Part shown: piece after piece, positions 10,992-20,400 of the stretch
Layout: every line of letters starts with the position of its first letter
Position numbering within the stretch: position 1 is the first letter of the stretch
Source of the DNA: a bacterium
GTDB lineage: Bacteria; JACRDZ01; JAQUKH01
DNA length: 55,922 nucleotides
Assembly (NCBI GenBank): GCA_028719205.1
Contig: JAQUKH010000015.1
Coordinates: 1-55,922 of the forward strand
Direction: 5' to 3'
The notes under the pieces: model-generated
Told to the model about the DNA's origin: nothing
What the model saw: the letters and a program-made list of their open reading frames with translations, nothing else
The model's database searches: none
Position numbers and translations under genes: made by a program

Positions 10992-11573
10992 TTATTTAAA
11001 TATTTCTTCTGTTTTTAAAATATTTTTTAGCCAGGAAGTTAAATCTTTTGCGCTATCCGATAAATTAAAATAAGACCAATCTCCTTCCACGCAGAGTTCA
11101 ACCACTTTATATTTGTTTATTTTTGGATCAAATAAGTAAGCGATATAATCAGTGCCTCCCTGATCAGCACCCATTCCAACCCTTTCAGAATAATTTCCTT
11201 TGCTTGCTGATTCAATAAGTTTTGATTTTTCATTTAGGATTTTAATGTCAATTACTTTTATGAGCTTTTTCAAATGACTATATTTTTCTGATAATTCTTC
11301 TTCAGTATAAAATTTGTTTTCATTAAAATCAAATTTCTTATCATTTTTACTATATTGGTAACTATAAATACTTCCTTCATTATCAATATAGAAGCCATAG
11401 TGATTATATCCCCAAGCAAAATTTATATGCTCTAATTCAAAAAGAAACTTTTGTTTTAAATCATTTGATTCAATTGCACTTACAGAATTATCCCAAGGCA
11501 TGTTACAGCCAAAGCCAAAAATAATAATTACTAATAAGATTAAACAACTAAAATATTTTGTAATATATTTCAT
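10992..11573 (-). CDS. Hypothetical lipoprotein (integron gene cassette 2)
   Basis: Signal peptide ending IIIFGFGC; AT-rich; lies between two attC sites; AAGGA SD just after the upstream R' box. Confidence 0.8.
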   Translation of the reverse strand: MKYITKYFSCLILLVIIIFGFGCNMPWDNSVSAIESNDLKQKFLFELEHINFAWGYNHYGFYIDNEGSIYSYQYSKNDKKFDFNENKFYTEEELSEKYSHLKKLIKVIDIKILNEKSKLIESASKGNYSERVGMGADQGGTDYIAYLFDPKINKYKVVELCVEGDWSYFNLSDSAKDLTSWLKNILKTEEIFK

Positions 11574-11596
11574 TATTATCCTTTATTATTTTTTAC

Positions 11597-11679
11597 TTTT
11601 AACGGAAAAGCTCACCGGTTTTGAACAGACGGCATCTTTTTGCCGGCTGTTCAAAATCCGGTGTAGCACCTTGTTAAAA
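11597..11679 (-). mobile_element. Integron attC site (proximal)
   Basis: Minus strand TTTTAAC-aaggt-GCTACAC-cggattttgaacag...ctgttcaaaaccg-GTGAGC-ttttcc-GTTAAAA: R''-L''...L'-R' layout with one extra base in L''. Confidence 0.85.
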
Positions 11680-11764
11680 GCTTTTATTTTATATACTTTT
11701 AGGAACACCCCTCAAGACTTTTAAGTTCCTGTACATTTTCTGAACCTTTTTTTAATTTATATTT

Positions 11765-13726
11765 TTATTCCCCTTTAGCTATTAATTCTTGCAATCTTTT
11801 TGGAGTAGGGATTCTATAAAGTGATTTTTCACCAGTTATTGTACTTGACTTGCAAAAATATAACCATTTTTCGTCTGATGAAAGTTTAGGATCATTAAAA
11901 TTAAATTCTTCGCTTTCCCAAATAACTTTTTGAGATGATAAGCTATATAAACTAATTTTACATTTATTCCCAGATCCTATAAATATTATATACTTACCAT
12001 TATTACTCCAAACAGGATTTCTATTATTATTTATAATGTTTAACAATTCTGTCTTAATAATTTCATAATCAGGTGAAAAATATGTTAAAGTGTATTCGAA
12101 TATATGTTGCTCAGTTGTTTTGCTATTTATACAGATTAAATTATTAGGCGACCAAATACTCTCATTATATGAAAACATTCCATTAAATTCATCACTCTTA
12201 TTTTTATTATAATTATATATAAAACGCTTTGCCTTTCTTTCAACTTTTTGCTTTGTAGGTTTAGTTGAATATATTTCAGGATCAGGAACCGAATATGCAA
12301 AAGAGTTATTACGGGGTAGCCATTTGTAAGCATAAGAATTTTTTTCTTTAATATCTTTTAACTCGTGTGTTTTAGTATTATATATGCCAATATAATAAAA
12401 ATAGGTTTTGGAATCTTCAGATCCTTTATAATAATATTTTTCTTCTGCTTCCTTACTTCTTTGAAAAACTAATAATTCTCCATTTGGTGACCAAAAAGTA
12501 CTATAATCAAAACTATTTGTTAAGTTATTTACTAGTTTTTTTTCTTCACCTTCGATTTCTTTTAGCCATAATTCATCATTTCTTATTCTATTATTTTCTA
12601 AATAAACAATTTTTTTATAAGCAACCATTTTCCCATCAGGACTTGATATTGGATAAATTCCTTCTGCCAATCTTTTAATACCGCTCCCATTCATTTCGCT
12701 TGTCCATATATAGTTACTTTTTTGTTCTACTTCTCCATATATCTCTAATATTTTATTTTCAGCTGCATCTTTCTCAAAAAGTATTTTTCCATGCGGAATT
12801 AATTTAAAACTTTTTACATCTGATAAAACTAATTCCCAATCATTTTCGAGACTTTCTAACTTCCTCACTTCTTCATCACTTAAAAGTTCAAAAGAAGCTT
12901 TTTTAATTTGATTATTATAATGTTTTATTTTTTTAATTGTTTCCATTTTTATTATCTTACCGCTTTCCGGATCAAACCAACTTTTCCCTTTCAGTGATAT
13001 TTGAGCCCAAATCTCATTTTTATTACTCGCACTTCTTATGATTCCTGACTCTTTATCATTTGATCCATCTCTCGCCTCACCAATTTTTGTTTCAATTATT
13101 ATACATTTTTTACCTTTAACTATTTCTTCGCCTAAAATTTCATAGTGAGCCGTTACACCATTGTACATATTAACATCCTTAGACCATTTATTTCCTAGTG
13201 GTATTTTTTGCTCAAATTGAGGCTGTGTTATAAAGAAAAAATGGAAATCTGGATGTAAATTCCCTATTATAGCCCCATTTTTTTTTATTATATATGATTT
13301 ATCGTTTGGGCCCGATAATAGTTCACCCGTGAATGACAAAATTGCACCATAAGGACCCTCATGACTTCTTTTTGGCTCTTGCCATATATTATTTCCCATG
13401 CTCCAACCACTTTCATTTTCTTTGTACTCTTTAACTTTAAAAATCTGGATTCCTTCAGTGCTTTCTGAAAATTTAAATAGCGATGGAAAAATTCTTCCAA
13501 ACCTTAGCAAATAAAATAAGCCGTTATATAAACGATATAAATAATATGGCTTATAATCTGCCTTCAAGGTTTTTTTATAATATAAATTTTCGCCTTCTTT
13601 ATATTTATATTCCAATACATTATCTGTTTTTATTGAAACTGATTTAGCCTGATTAGCCAAAATATTTGTGCTAAATAAAAATATTAATATAACTATTTTT
13701 AAAAATATGTTTGTGTATATTTTCAT
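11765..13726 (-). CDS. Secreted protein with C-terminal TolB-like (PD40/WD40-like) beta-propeller (putative cassette 1)
   Basis: N-terminal signal peptide; repeats SSPDGKMVAY, FWSPNGELLVF, PVWSNNGKYIIF, PKLSSDEKWLYF. Confidence 0.8.
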   Translation of the reverse strand: MKIYTNIFLKIVILIFLFSTNILANQAKSVSIKTDNVLEYKYKEGENLYYKKTLKADYKPYYLYRLYNGLFYLLRFGRIFPSLFKFSESTEGIQIFKVKEYKENESGWSMGNNIWQEPKRSHEGPYGAILSFTGELLSGPNDKSYIIKKNGAIIGNLHPDFHFFFITQPQFEQKIPLGNKWSKDVNMYNGVTAHYEILGEEIVKGKKCIIIETKIGEARDGSNDKESGIIRSASNKNEIWAQISLKGKSWFDPESGKIIKMETIKKIKHYNNQIKKASFELLSDEEVRKLESLENDWELVLSDVKSFKLIPHGKILFEKDAAENKILEIYGEVEQKSNYIWTSEMNGSGIKRLAEGIYPISSPDGKMVAYKKIVYLENNRIRNDELWLKEIEGEEKKLVNNLTNSFDYSTFWSPNGELLVFQRSKEAEEKYYYKGSEDSKTYFYYIGIYNTKTHELKDIKEKNSYAYKWLPRNNSFAYSVPDPEIYSTKPTKQKVERKAKRFIYNYNKNKSDEFNGMFSYNESIWSPNNLICINSKTTEQHIFEYTLTYFSPDYEIIKTELLNIINNNRNPVWSNNGKYIIFIGSGNKCKISLYSLSSQKVIWESEEFNFNDPKLSSDEKWLYFCKSSTITGEKSLYRIPTPKRLQELIAKGE

Positions 13727-13815
13727 TTTTTATTATTTTAACAATTTAATAGACGCAATACCTGTTAATCGTTATTTTTGTTAATATTTAACAAATTTTA
13801 ATTTTAACAGGCTAT

Positions 13816-13844
13816 ACTATAACAATCAGGGTTTCTCTTGTCAA
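13816..13844 (-). promoter_or_regulatory. Sigma70-type promoter driving the cassette array (Pc-like)
   Basis: Minus strand TTGACA-17 nt-TATAGT with TG extended -10. Confidence 0.7.
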
Positions 13845-13969
13845 TAAATAAAGATATGTGGTTATTTATATATTGGGTGTTTTTCGTGATTACTTTGTAA
13901 TAGCAGGAAATACGCATTGCGTATAAACTTGAGTTAAACGAAAGATTTTGACCAAAGGTCAAGTTCTTT

Positions 13970-14002
13970 CGCTTTTACTCATTGTTATCCTCGTAGGGGA
14001 TA
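13970..14002 (-). repeat. 33-bp dispersed repeat, copy 1
   Basis: Reverse complement is TATCCCCTACGAGGATAACAATGAGTAAAAGCG, identical to 29964-29996. Confidence 0.9.
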
Positions 14003-14021
14003 TTAATGGATTTTTGTCTGA

Positions 14022-14525
14022 TCACACAATCCCAACATACGCAGGGAAATCTTTGACTGTGATCTTTCGTATTGCCTCGGGGCCGAGTTCTGGGTAGGCG
14101 ACCAGTTCGTTTTTTGTGATAAATTGGCGGAGGTAGGCGCCGGCGCCGCCGTAGGTTACAAAATATACGGCTTTGTGTTTTTTTATGGCGTTCGTTACTT
14201 CTTTTGACCTTGTTCCTTTTCCAATTGTTCCTTTTAGCCCGTGTTCCAATAGAATCTCTGTAAATGGATCCATTCTTTTGCTTGTAGTAGGGCCCGCGGA
14301 ACCGATAATCTCTCCTTTTCTCGCGGGAGTCGGCCCGCAATAATAGATGATCTGGCCTTCAAGCGGGAAAGGCAATTTTTTGCCTTTTTTGATCAGTTCA
14401 ATCAACTTTTTATGCGCCTGGTCGCGGGCGATGTAAAACGTTCCGGTTATTTCAACTTTATCACCGGGATTTAGGTTTTTAATTACTTTTTCATTTATAG
14501 GAGTAGTAATTTTACTGGTATCCAT
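14022..14525 (-). CDS. Fe-S hydro-lyase (class I fumarate hydratase / tartrate dehydratase) beta subunit
   Basis: ARDQAHKKL, YYCGPTP, AGPTTSKRMD, IGKG, YPELGPEAIR; probable start ATG 14525. Confidence 0.92.
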   Translation of the reverse strand: MDTSKITTPINEKVIKNLNPGDKVEITGTFYIARDQAHKKLIELIKKGKKLPFPLEGQIIYYCGPTPARKGEIIGSAGPTTSKRMDPFTEILLEHGLKGTIGKGTRSKEVTNAIKKHKAVYFVTYGGAGAYLRQFITKNELVAYPELGPEAIRKITVKDFPAYVGIV

Positions 14526-14561
14526 GGTAAAATTATAACACAAATTTAAAAAGGAGTTAAT

Positions 14562-14807
14562 ATTAAAGATATTGTTAATACAACCATAAAACACGCGAAA
14601 AGAATAGTAATGGTAGTTATTGGATTTACTGTATTACTTATCGGAATTGCAATGATAGTTTTGCCCGGGCCGGCGATACTGGTAATACCCCTGGGGCTCG
14701 CGATCCTGGCGGGAGAATTTTTATGGGCAAAAAAACTTCTGGATAGGGTCAAATCGGGAGTTCAGGATGCTAAGGATTATGTTAATTCAAATTTTAAAAA
14801 GAAATAG
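14562..14807 (+). CDS. PGPGW-domain small membrane protein
   Basis: IGFTVLLIGIAMIVLPGPAILVIPLGLAILAGEFLWAKKLL; first ATG is at 14610, but AAGGAG at 14551-14556 precedes an in-frame ATT at 14562. Confidence 0.8.
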   Translation: MKDIVNTTIKHAKRIVMVVIGFTVLLIGIAMIVLPGPAILVIPLGLAILAGEFLWAKKLLDRVKSGVQDAKDYVNSNFKKK

Positions 14808-14837
14808 AAACCTGATATTGTGGTATTATTAAAATTA

Positions 14838-14866
14838 TTGACATGGAATAAATGTCAATTTATAAT
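14838..14866 (+). promoter_or_regulatory. Consensus sigma70 promoter with overlapping inverted repeat
   Basis: TTGACA-17-TATAAT; ATTGACAT-N7-ATGTCAAT at 14837-14859. Confidence 0.75.
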
Positions 14867-14891
14867 AAATACGAATATTTATGGTTAAAAA

Positions 14892-15767
14892 ATGAGCACA
14901 TTAATACGAAAACCGGCAGTTAGCGGCAGATTTTATTCGGGTACGGAGATCAGGCTGAAAGAAGAATTAGAGGCCTGTTTTATGTCTCCTTTTGGTCCCG
15001 GAGATAAAAAAATCGGTTTAACAGGTTCTATTTTTGGCGGAGTTGTTCCTCACGCGGGGTATATGTTTTCAGGCCCGGTTGCCGCATGGTTTTATCAGGC
15101 GCTTAAAAATAATATCAAAGAAAAAGTTACTTTTGTTATTTTGGGGCCAAACCATACAGGGCGGGGGAGTTATGTAAGCCTTTATCCGCCTGATGGTGTT
15201 TGGGAAACCCCGTTGGGGAAAGTGAAAATTAATAAAAAGCTGGCGGAGAAAATAAGCGAGTGCAGGCTGGTGGAAATTGATGAAACGGCCCATATTTTAG
15301 AACATTCGATCGAGGTTCAACTGCCTTTTTTGCAATATATTTTTCCCTCCTCGTCCTCCACGGCGGATAAAGCGGGCAGGCCGGATTTTGATTTTGTGCC
15401 GATCTGCCTTATGAAACAGGACCTGACAACAGCTTTAGAGTTAGGCGCGTTTTTAGGAAAGGTTGCATTTGATCAAAAAATAGTTTTTATTGCGTCTTCA
15501 GATTTTTCTCATTATGTTCCTCCTGAGGCCGCTAAAAAGAACGATTCCTTGGCAATTTCCGCGATCGAGGGACTGGATGTTTCTCTTATGATGAAAAATA
15601 TCCAAAAATATGATATAAGTATGTGCGGATATGGGCCTATCGGGGCGGTTATGAGCGCGGTAAAAAATTTAGGTTCTAATAAAGGGAAGCTTCTGCACTA
15701 CGGCCATTCTGGAGATATTCAGCCAATGGATAAAGTGGTGGGTTACGCGTCAATTGTGTTTATTTGA
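14892..15767 (+). CDS. amrB: AmmeMemoRadiSam system protein B (MEMO1 family)
   Basis: RKPAVSGRFY, PHAGYMFSG, GPNHTG, EHSIEVQLPFLQ, SSDFSHY, SMCGYGP, VVGYAS. Confidence 0.93.
   Translation: MSTLIRKPAVSGRFYSGTEIRLKEELEACFMSPFGPGDKKIGLTGSIFGGVVPHAGYMFSGPVAAWFYQALKNNIKEKVTFVILGPNHTGRGSYVSLYPPDGVWETPLGKVKINKKLAEKISECRLVEIDETAHILEHSIEVQLPFLQYIFPSSSSTADKAGRPDFDFVPICLMKQDLTTALELGAFLGKVAFDQKIVFIASSDFSHYVPPEAAKKNDSLAISAIEGLDVSLMMKNIQKYDISMCGYGPIGAVMSAVKNLGSNKGKLLHYGHSGDIQPMDKVVGYASIVFI
15345..15380 (-). repeat. 36-bp palindromic element inserted in frame in amrB
   Basis: Reverse complement CCTGCCCGCTTTATCCGCCGTGGAGGACGAGGAGGG; adds PSSSSTADKAGR to the protein. Confidence 0.7.
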
Positions 15768-15776
15768 AAGGATGAT

Positions 15777-16250
15777 ATGTTTAATAAAGGATTTTTCACG
15801 CGATGGTTGTCAAGCAGCCTGGCATTGCTTGTTGTTTCTTATTTTTTTAAAGGCATAGAGGTCACTGATATTCCCAGCGCGTTTATTGCCGCGTTCATTT
15901 TAGGCATAGTCAACGCTGTGATCAGGCCTCTAATAGTTGTTTTTACACTTCCATTTAACATTATTACTTTAGGATTATTTACGCTGGTGATTAATGGCTC
16001 GATGCTTTATCTGACTTCGTGGTTTATGGGTGCCGGGCTTAAGATCGACGGTTTCTGGTCCGCGGTTTTGGGGGCTTTGTTTATCAGTATTGCCAGCGGA
16101 TTTTTAAATTATTTTATCAGTGATCAGGGGAAGATAGAGTTTGTAAATTTTAATACCGGAAAAGGAGCAGAAAAACAATATAATAAAGAAGACGCGGTAG
16201 AAGCTGATTATGAAATTATTGATGAAAAGGAAAAAAATAGTGGAAAATGA
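15777..16250 (+). CDS. YvlD/DUF360 'phage holin family' membrane protein
   Basis: ILGIVNAVIRPLIVVFTLPFNIITLGLFTLVINGSML signature; four hydrophobic segments. Confidence 0.88.
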   Translation: MFNKGFFTRWLSSSLALLVVSYFFKGIEVTDIPSAFIAAFILGIVNAVIRPLIVVFTLPFNIITLGLFTLVINGSMLYLTSWFMGAGLKIDGFWSAVLGALFISIASGFLNYFISDQGKIEFVNFNTGKGAEKQYNKEDAVEADYEIIDEKEKNSGK

Positions 16251-17439
16251 ATATCTTGAAAAACAGGTTCATAAATTAAATAAGATAGGTATCGCGTTAA
16301 CCAGCGAACAAAATCTGGACAAGCTTCTTGAGATGATCGTTTGGGAAGCAAGAAATCTTGTTAATTGCGACGCGGGAAGCCTTTATATAAAAAAGGATGA
16401 TCTTCTGGATTTTGTTGTAAGCCAGAATGATACGATGACAAAACGGTTAGGTGAGGCAAAAATTAAGGAGTTATTTAAAACTTTCAGTTTGCCGATAACT
16501 AAAGAGAGTGTCTCGGGTTACACGGCTTTGACCGGTGAGATACTTAATATTCCTGATGTTTATGAAATATCAAAAAACAGCGAATATAAGATCAATCTTG
16601 ATTATGATCGCCGCAACCAATATAGGTCCAGATCTATGCTGGTTGTTCCCCTGAAAGATAATGAGAACAAGGTAATAGGGGTGATCCAGTTAATAAACGC
16701 GCTGGATAAGGCCGGGAATATTATTCCATTTTCCGGGGCAATGGCTGAAGAACTTATTTGTTCATTAGGCTCGCAGGCTGCTGTCGCGATAAAAAACGCG
16801 CAATTGACCAAAGATTTAAAAGCCGCGTACCTTGATACTATTTATTGTTTATCAGAAGCAGCGGAATCAAAAGATAAAGACACAGGTATGCATATACAAA
16901 GAGTAAGTAATTATTCTGTGGCATTGGGAAAAAAATTAGGCCTGGCGGAAAGAGAGCTTGAGCTCATTCTTTACGCAAGCCCGATGCATGATATTGGTAA
17001 AGTTGGAATTCCTGATGCTGTCCTGTTAAAGCCGGGTAAATTGGACGTGGAGGAAAGAAAAATTATTGAACAGCATACTGTTATTGGCGGTAATATTTTA
17101 TCTAAGGCAAAAGGGCCTTTTTCTAAAATTTCAAAGGAAATTGCTTTAACGCATCATGAAAAATTTGATGGAACCGGATATCCCAACAAACTTATTGGAG
17201 AAGAAATTCCGCTTTCGGGAAGGATCGTTGCTTTGGCGGATGTATTTGACGCGCTTATAAACAAAAGGTGTTATAAATCAGCAATGTCCTGTGACGATGT
17301 GATTGAGATCATAAAAAAAGAATCCGGAAAGCATTTTGATCCGAAAATAGTGACCGCGTTTTTTGATTCTTATAAAGAAATAATAGAGATATTTGAAAAA
17401 AATAAAGATACACCCCTGGAAAATTCAACTAAAATTTAA
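16240..17439 (+). CDS. GAF + HD-GYP cyclic-di-nucleotide phosphodiesterase
   Basis: GAF region (CDAGSLY, SMLVVPL, VIGVIQLIN); HDIGKVGIPDAVLLKPGKL, HHEKFDGTGYP, ADVFDAL; start may be GTG 16240 or ATG 16210. Confidence 0.93.
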   Translation: MENEYLEKQVHKLNKIGIALTSEQNLDKLLEMIVWEARNLVNCDAGSLYIKKDDLLDFVVSQNDTMTKRLGEAKIKELFKTFSLPITKESVSGYTALTGEILNIPDVYEISKNSEYKINLDYDRRNQYRSRSMLVVPLKDNENKVIGVIQLINALDKAGNIIPFSGAMAEELICSLGSQAAVAIKNAQLTKDLKAAYLDTIYCLSEAAESKDKDTGMHIQRVSNYSVALGKKLGLAERELELILYASPMHDIGKVGIPDAVLLKPGKLDVEERKIIEQHTVIGGNILSKAKGPFSKISKEIALTHHEKFDGTGYPNKLIGEEIPLSGRIVALADVFDALINKRCYKSAMSCDDVIEIIKKESGKHFDPKIVTAFFDSYKEIIEIFEKNKDTPLENSTKI

Positions 17440-17470
17440 AAGAATGTTTAATATCTCTGGAAAATAAAAA

Positions 17471-20400
17471 ATGGATAATTCTATTCATTACTGGAAAGAA
17501 AAACTTATAATAGCCGCATCACTGATAATTTTTAATTTTTTAATTATTGCAAAACTTTTTTATTTCATCGCGGATACCACCCTTTTATTCATTGGGCCGC
17601 AGACTAATTCCATCTTCCAATTTTTTGTCTATGTCTTACTTACTATATTTATACCGGGAATAGTGATCAGTCTTGGGATCTTTATTTGCATACTTATATA
17701 TTATATTTTTATCCGTTCTTTATGGTTAATTGACGCGGAAGACAGTAATATCCTTGGAAAACGCGCCAATGACATTTATCTGTTTTCATTCAATGTTTTA
17801 ACTAAAATATTGATATTTATCACTTTATTTTCACTTGTGAATGTTGTTTTATTTATAATTTTAGGCGGTGAACTGGGATATTACCGGATCTATACTTTTT
17901 ATTTGAATAATCCAAATAATCTGATCTATTTTGTCGCTTTTTTAATAACAAATCTGTTTTTTATTGAAAGTGAGAGTATTCTCTCTAAACGACTGAATTT
18001 GCCAGCTATTTTCCCGAGCAAAAGGAAAGAGGTCGAAGGCAAAAAAATAAATATTAATATTTTGTTTAAATACTATTTTAATAATATTTTATTAATAGTG
18101 GTTATTAATTTAATTTTAGTGACAAGCATCCAATTTATCGGCGGTATGGCAAATCAGCTTAATTTAAAGGCACAAACAATATCAGAAAACGGATTTTCCG
18201 TTGATCCTTTGATTAAAGTGGAAGTCGCGATAAAAGGAGTCACAAATACCGGCAGGGAAAATACTATCCCGATTTATCTTGGCCGGATGAACAGGTTATA
18301 TCAGAACGCGGAACAGGAATTTGCTTCGGGGAATTATTTAACGACAATTAATTTGCTGCAAAAAGAATTAGATATGAACTCTAATTTTTCTATTGCGGTT
18401 TATAGCGATAGGATGTATCCATGGCTCAGTAAAATGTTGAGTAATAAAATATCAAACAGCGGGCTTTTCCTTAAGGATAGCCTGACAGATTCTTTGGAAA
18501 ATATAGAATATGCTGAAGATGTTGAAAAAATGGGCAAAGATGCCGAGCTTATTAATAAAGATAAATTCAAGGAATATTTCTTTATTCCTCTTGCAATGAA
18601 TGATGAACTAAAAATTAATATTTGGAGAAACGCGCGCGGTGAATATTCCCAGGTTTTTAAGAAAAGTGAACTCTTAAATATTTCACGGTCGCATATTAAC
18701 AAAAAGATCGGTGATTGTTTCCTGCTTTTAGGCAATTACGCTTCCGCTAAAGATTATTATATCCAGGCAGTGGATAAAAACAGTTATTATCTTGAAGTCA
18801 AAAATAATTTAGGTTATATCTATATGAAAGAAAATAGTTTTAATAAAGCTGAGCATGAATATAAGGATATACTTAATATCAAACCTAATTATTATTTGGC
18901 CAGCATTAATCTTGGTAATTTATATCTGAATAACGGGCAAATTGACCAGGCATCTAATATTTTACAAACAATTAATTTAGAGAGCGGCATGTCGCAAAAA
19001 GATAAAATATTCTATTATCAGGTTCTGGCAGAAGTATTTTATAAAAAAGGAGAATTTAATGAGGCAGGGAAAAAATACAGTAAAGCTTTAAAAATTGATC
19101 CGTATTATTATCCGGCATCAATAGGGTTGGCCAGAATTTATTGGGAAAAAGGAAAATTTACGGCCGCGAAGAAAATTTATGAAAATATTTTAAAGAAATA
19201 TGATATCGCTCTGGCATATATAGGAATGGCAAAATATTATGTTCAGCAGAAAGATAATAATAAGGCAATGGAGTTTTATAACAAGGCTATTAATCTTGGC
19301 AATGACTATGAAGCAGTAAGAGAAGGTTTTATCGGGATAGGCGACTTATTTGCCGGAAAAGGCAATTTAACCGAGGCTGAAAATTATTATAATAAGGCTA
19401 TTAGTATTGATCCATACAATTATTCCGCTTATCAGAAATTAGGTGAAATATTTTTTAACGCTAAAAAGTGGGAGAGCGCTAAAAATAATTTTTTAAAGGC
19501 AATTGAAATGTTTCCCCAGAATGAAGAAGTACAAAAACATTTGGAAGTAGCGTATAAAAATATCAGTAAAGAAACACAGGCTAAATATGAAAAAATAGTT
19601 GAGAAAGAAAAAGCAGGCAAAGATAAGGAAAAATTAATATACTCATATAAAAATTTAGGATGGATCCATTTAGGTAATGGAAATTATGAAGGCGCTTTAA
19701 AAAGTTTTGATCAGGCTATCGCGGTTAATCCTGATTATATCGAGGCACTCCAGGGGAAAGGGATGCTTTTTTTGAAAACAGAAAAATATAATGAAGCCGA
19801 AAAAATATTCCAGAAGATCATAGGTATAAACAAATCTTATGCTTCTGCTTACGTGGGACTGGGCATTGTTAATATCAAACATAACGAAATAAATAAAGCC
19901 ATAGAAAATTTAGAATATGTTATGAAATTAAATGATGCCGATGCTAAAATACAGTCCTGCCTGGAACTCGGGGGGCTTTATTACGGCCAAGGCAATTATG
20001 CTCTGGCTCGCAATAAATTCCTTCAAGCGAATACTTTTAATAAAGATATCCCTGAAGCGTACTACGGACTTGGAGTTATCTATGAGGTTAAAAAACTTTA
20101 TAACAACGCGATTATAGAATTCCGTAAGGCTATTTATTTAAAACCTGATTATACTCAGGCTAAGGATGGATTAAAGAGAGTTACAAGCCTTATTTTAGAG
20201 AGAACAAATAAAAAAGTAATATCTTCGCCCGAAAATATTGAAAAAGAAAACTTTTACAAAACAATTGAATTCGCGATAAATAAGGGTGAATTAGAAAAAA
20301 CTCAAAACAGTTTATTGGAGATCCTTGATGAGACACCTGCTGATACCAAGGCCTTGAAATATTTGGGCTTGGTTTATTTACAGAAAAAAATGTTTGCTGA

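Noticed and set aside
11500-11724. 74-aa plus-strand ORF
   Set aside because: Runs across the attC site and antisense to the lipoprotein start; explained by the palindrome
13975-14340. 121-aa Arg-rich ORF
   Set aside because: Alternative frame of the fumarase beta gene with no recognisable motif
15777-16250. Prophage suggested by a 'phage holin family' protein
   Set aside because: YvlD/DUF360 proteins are common chromosomal membrane proteins; no phage structural, lysis or integrase genes are nearby
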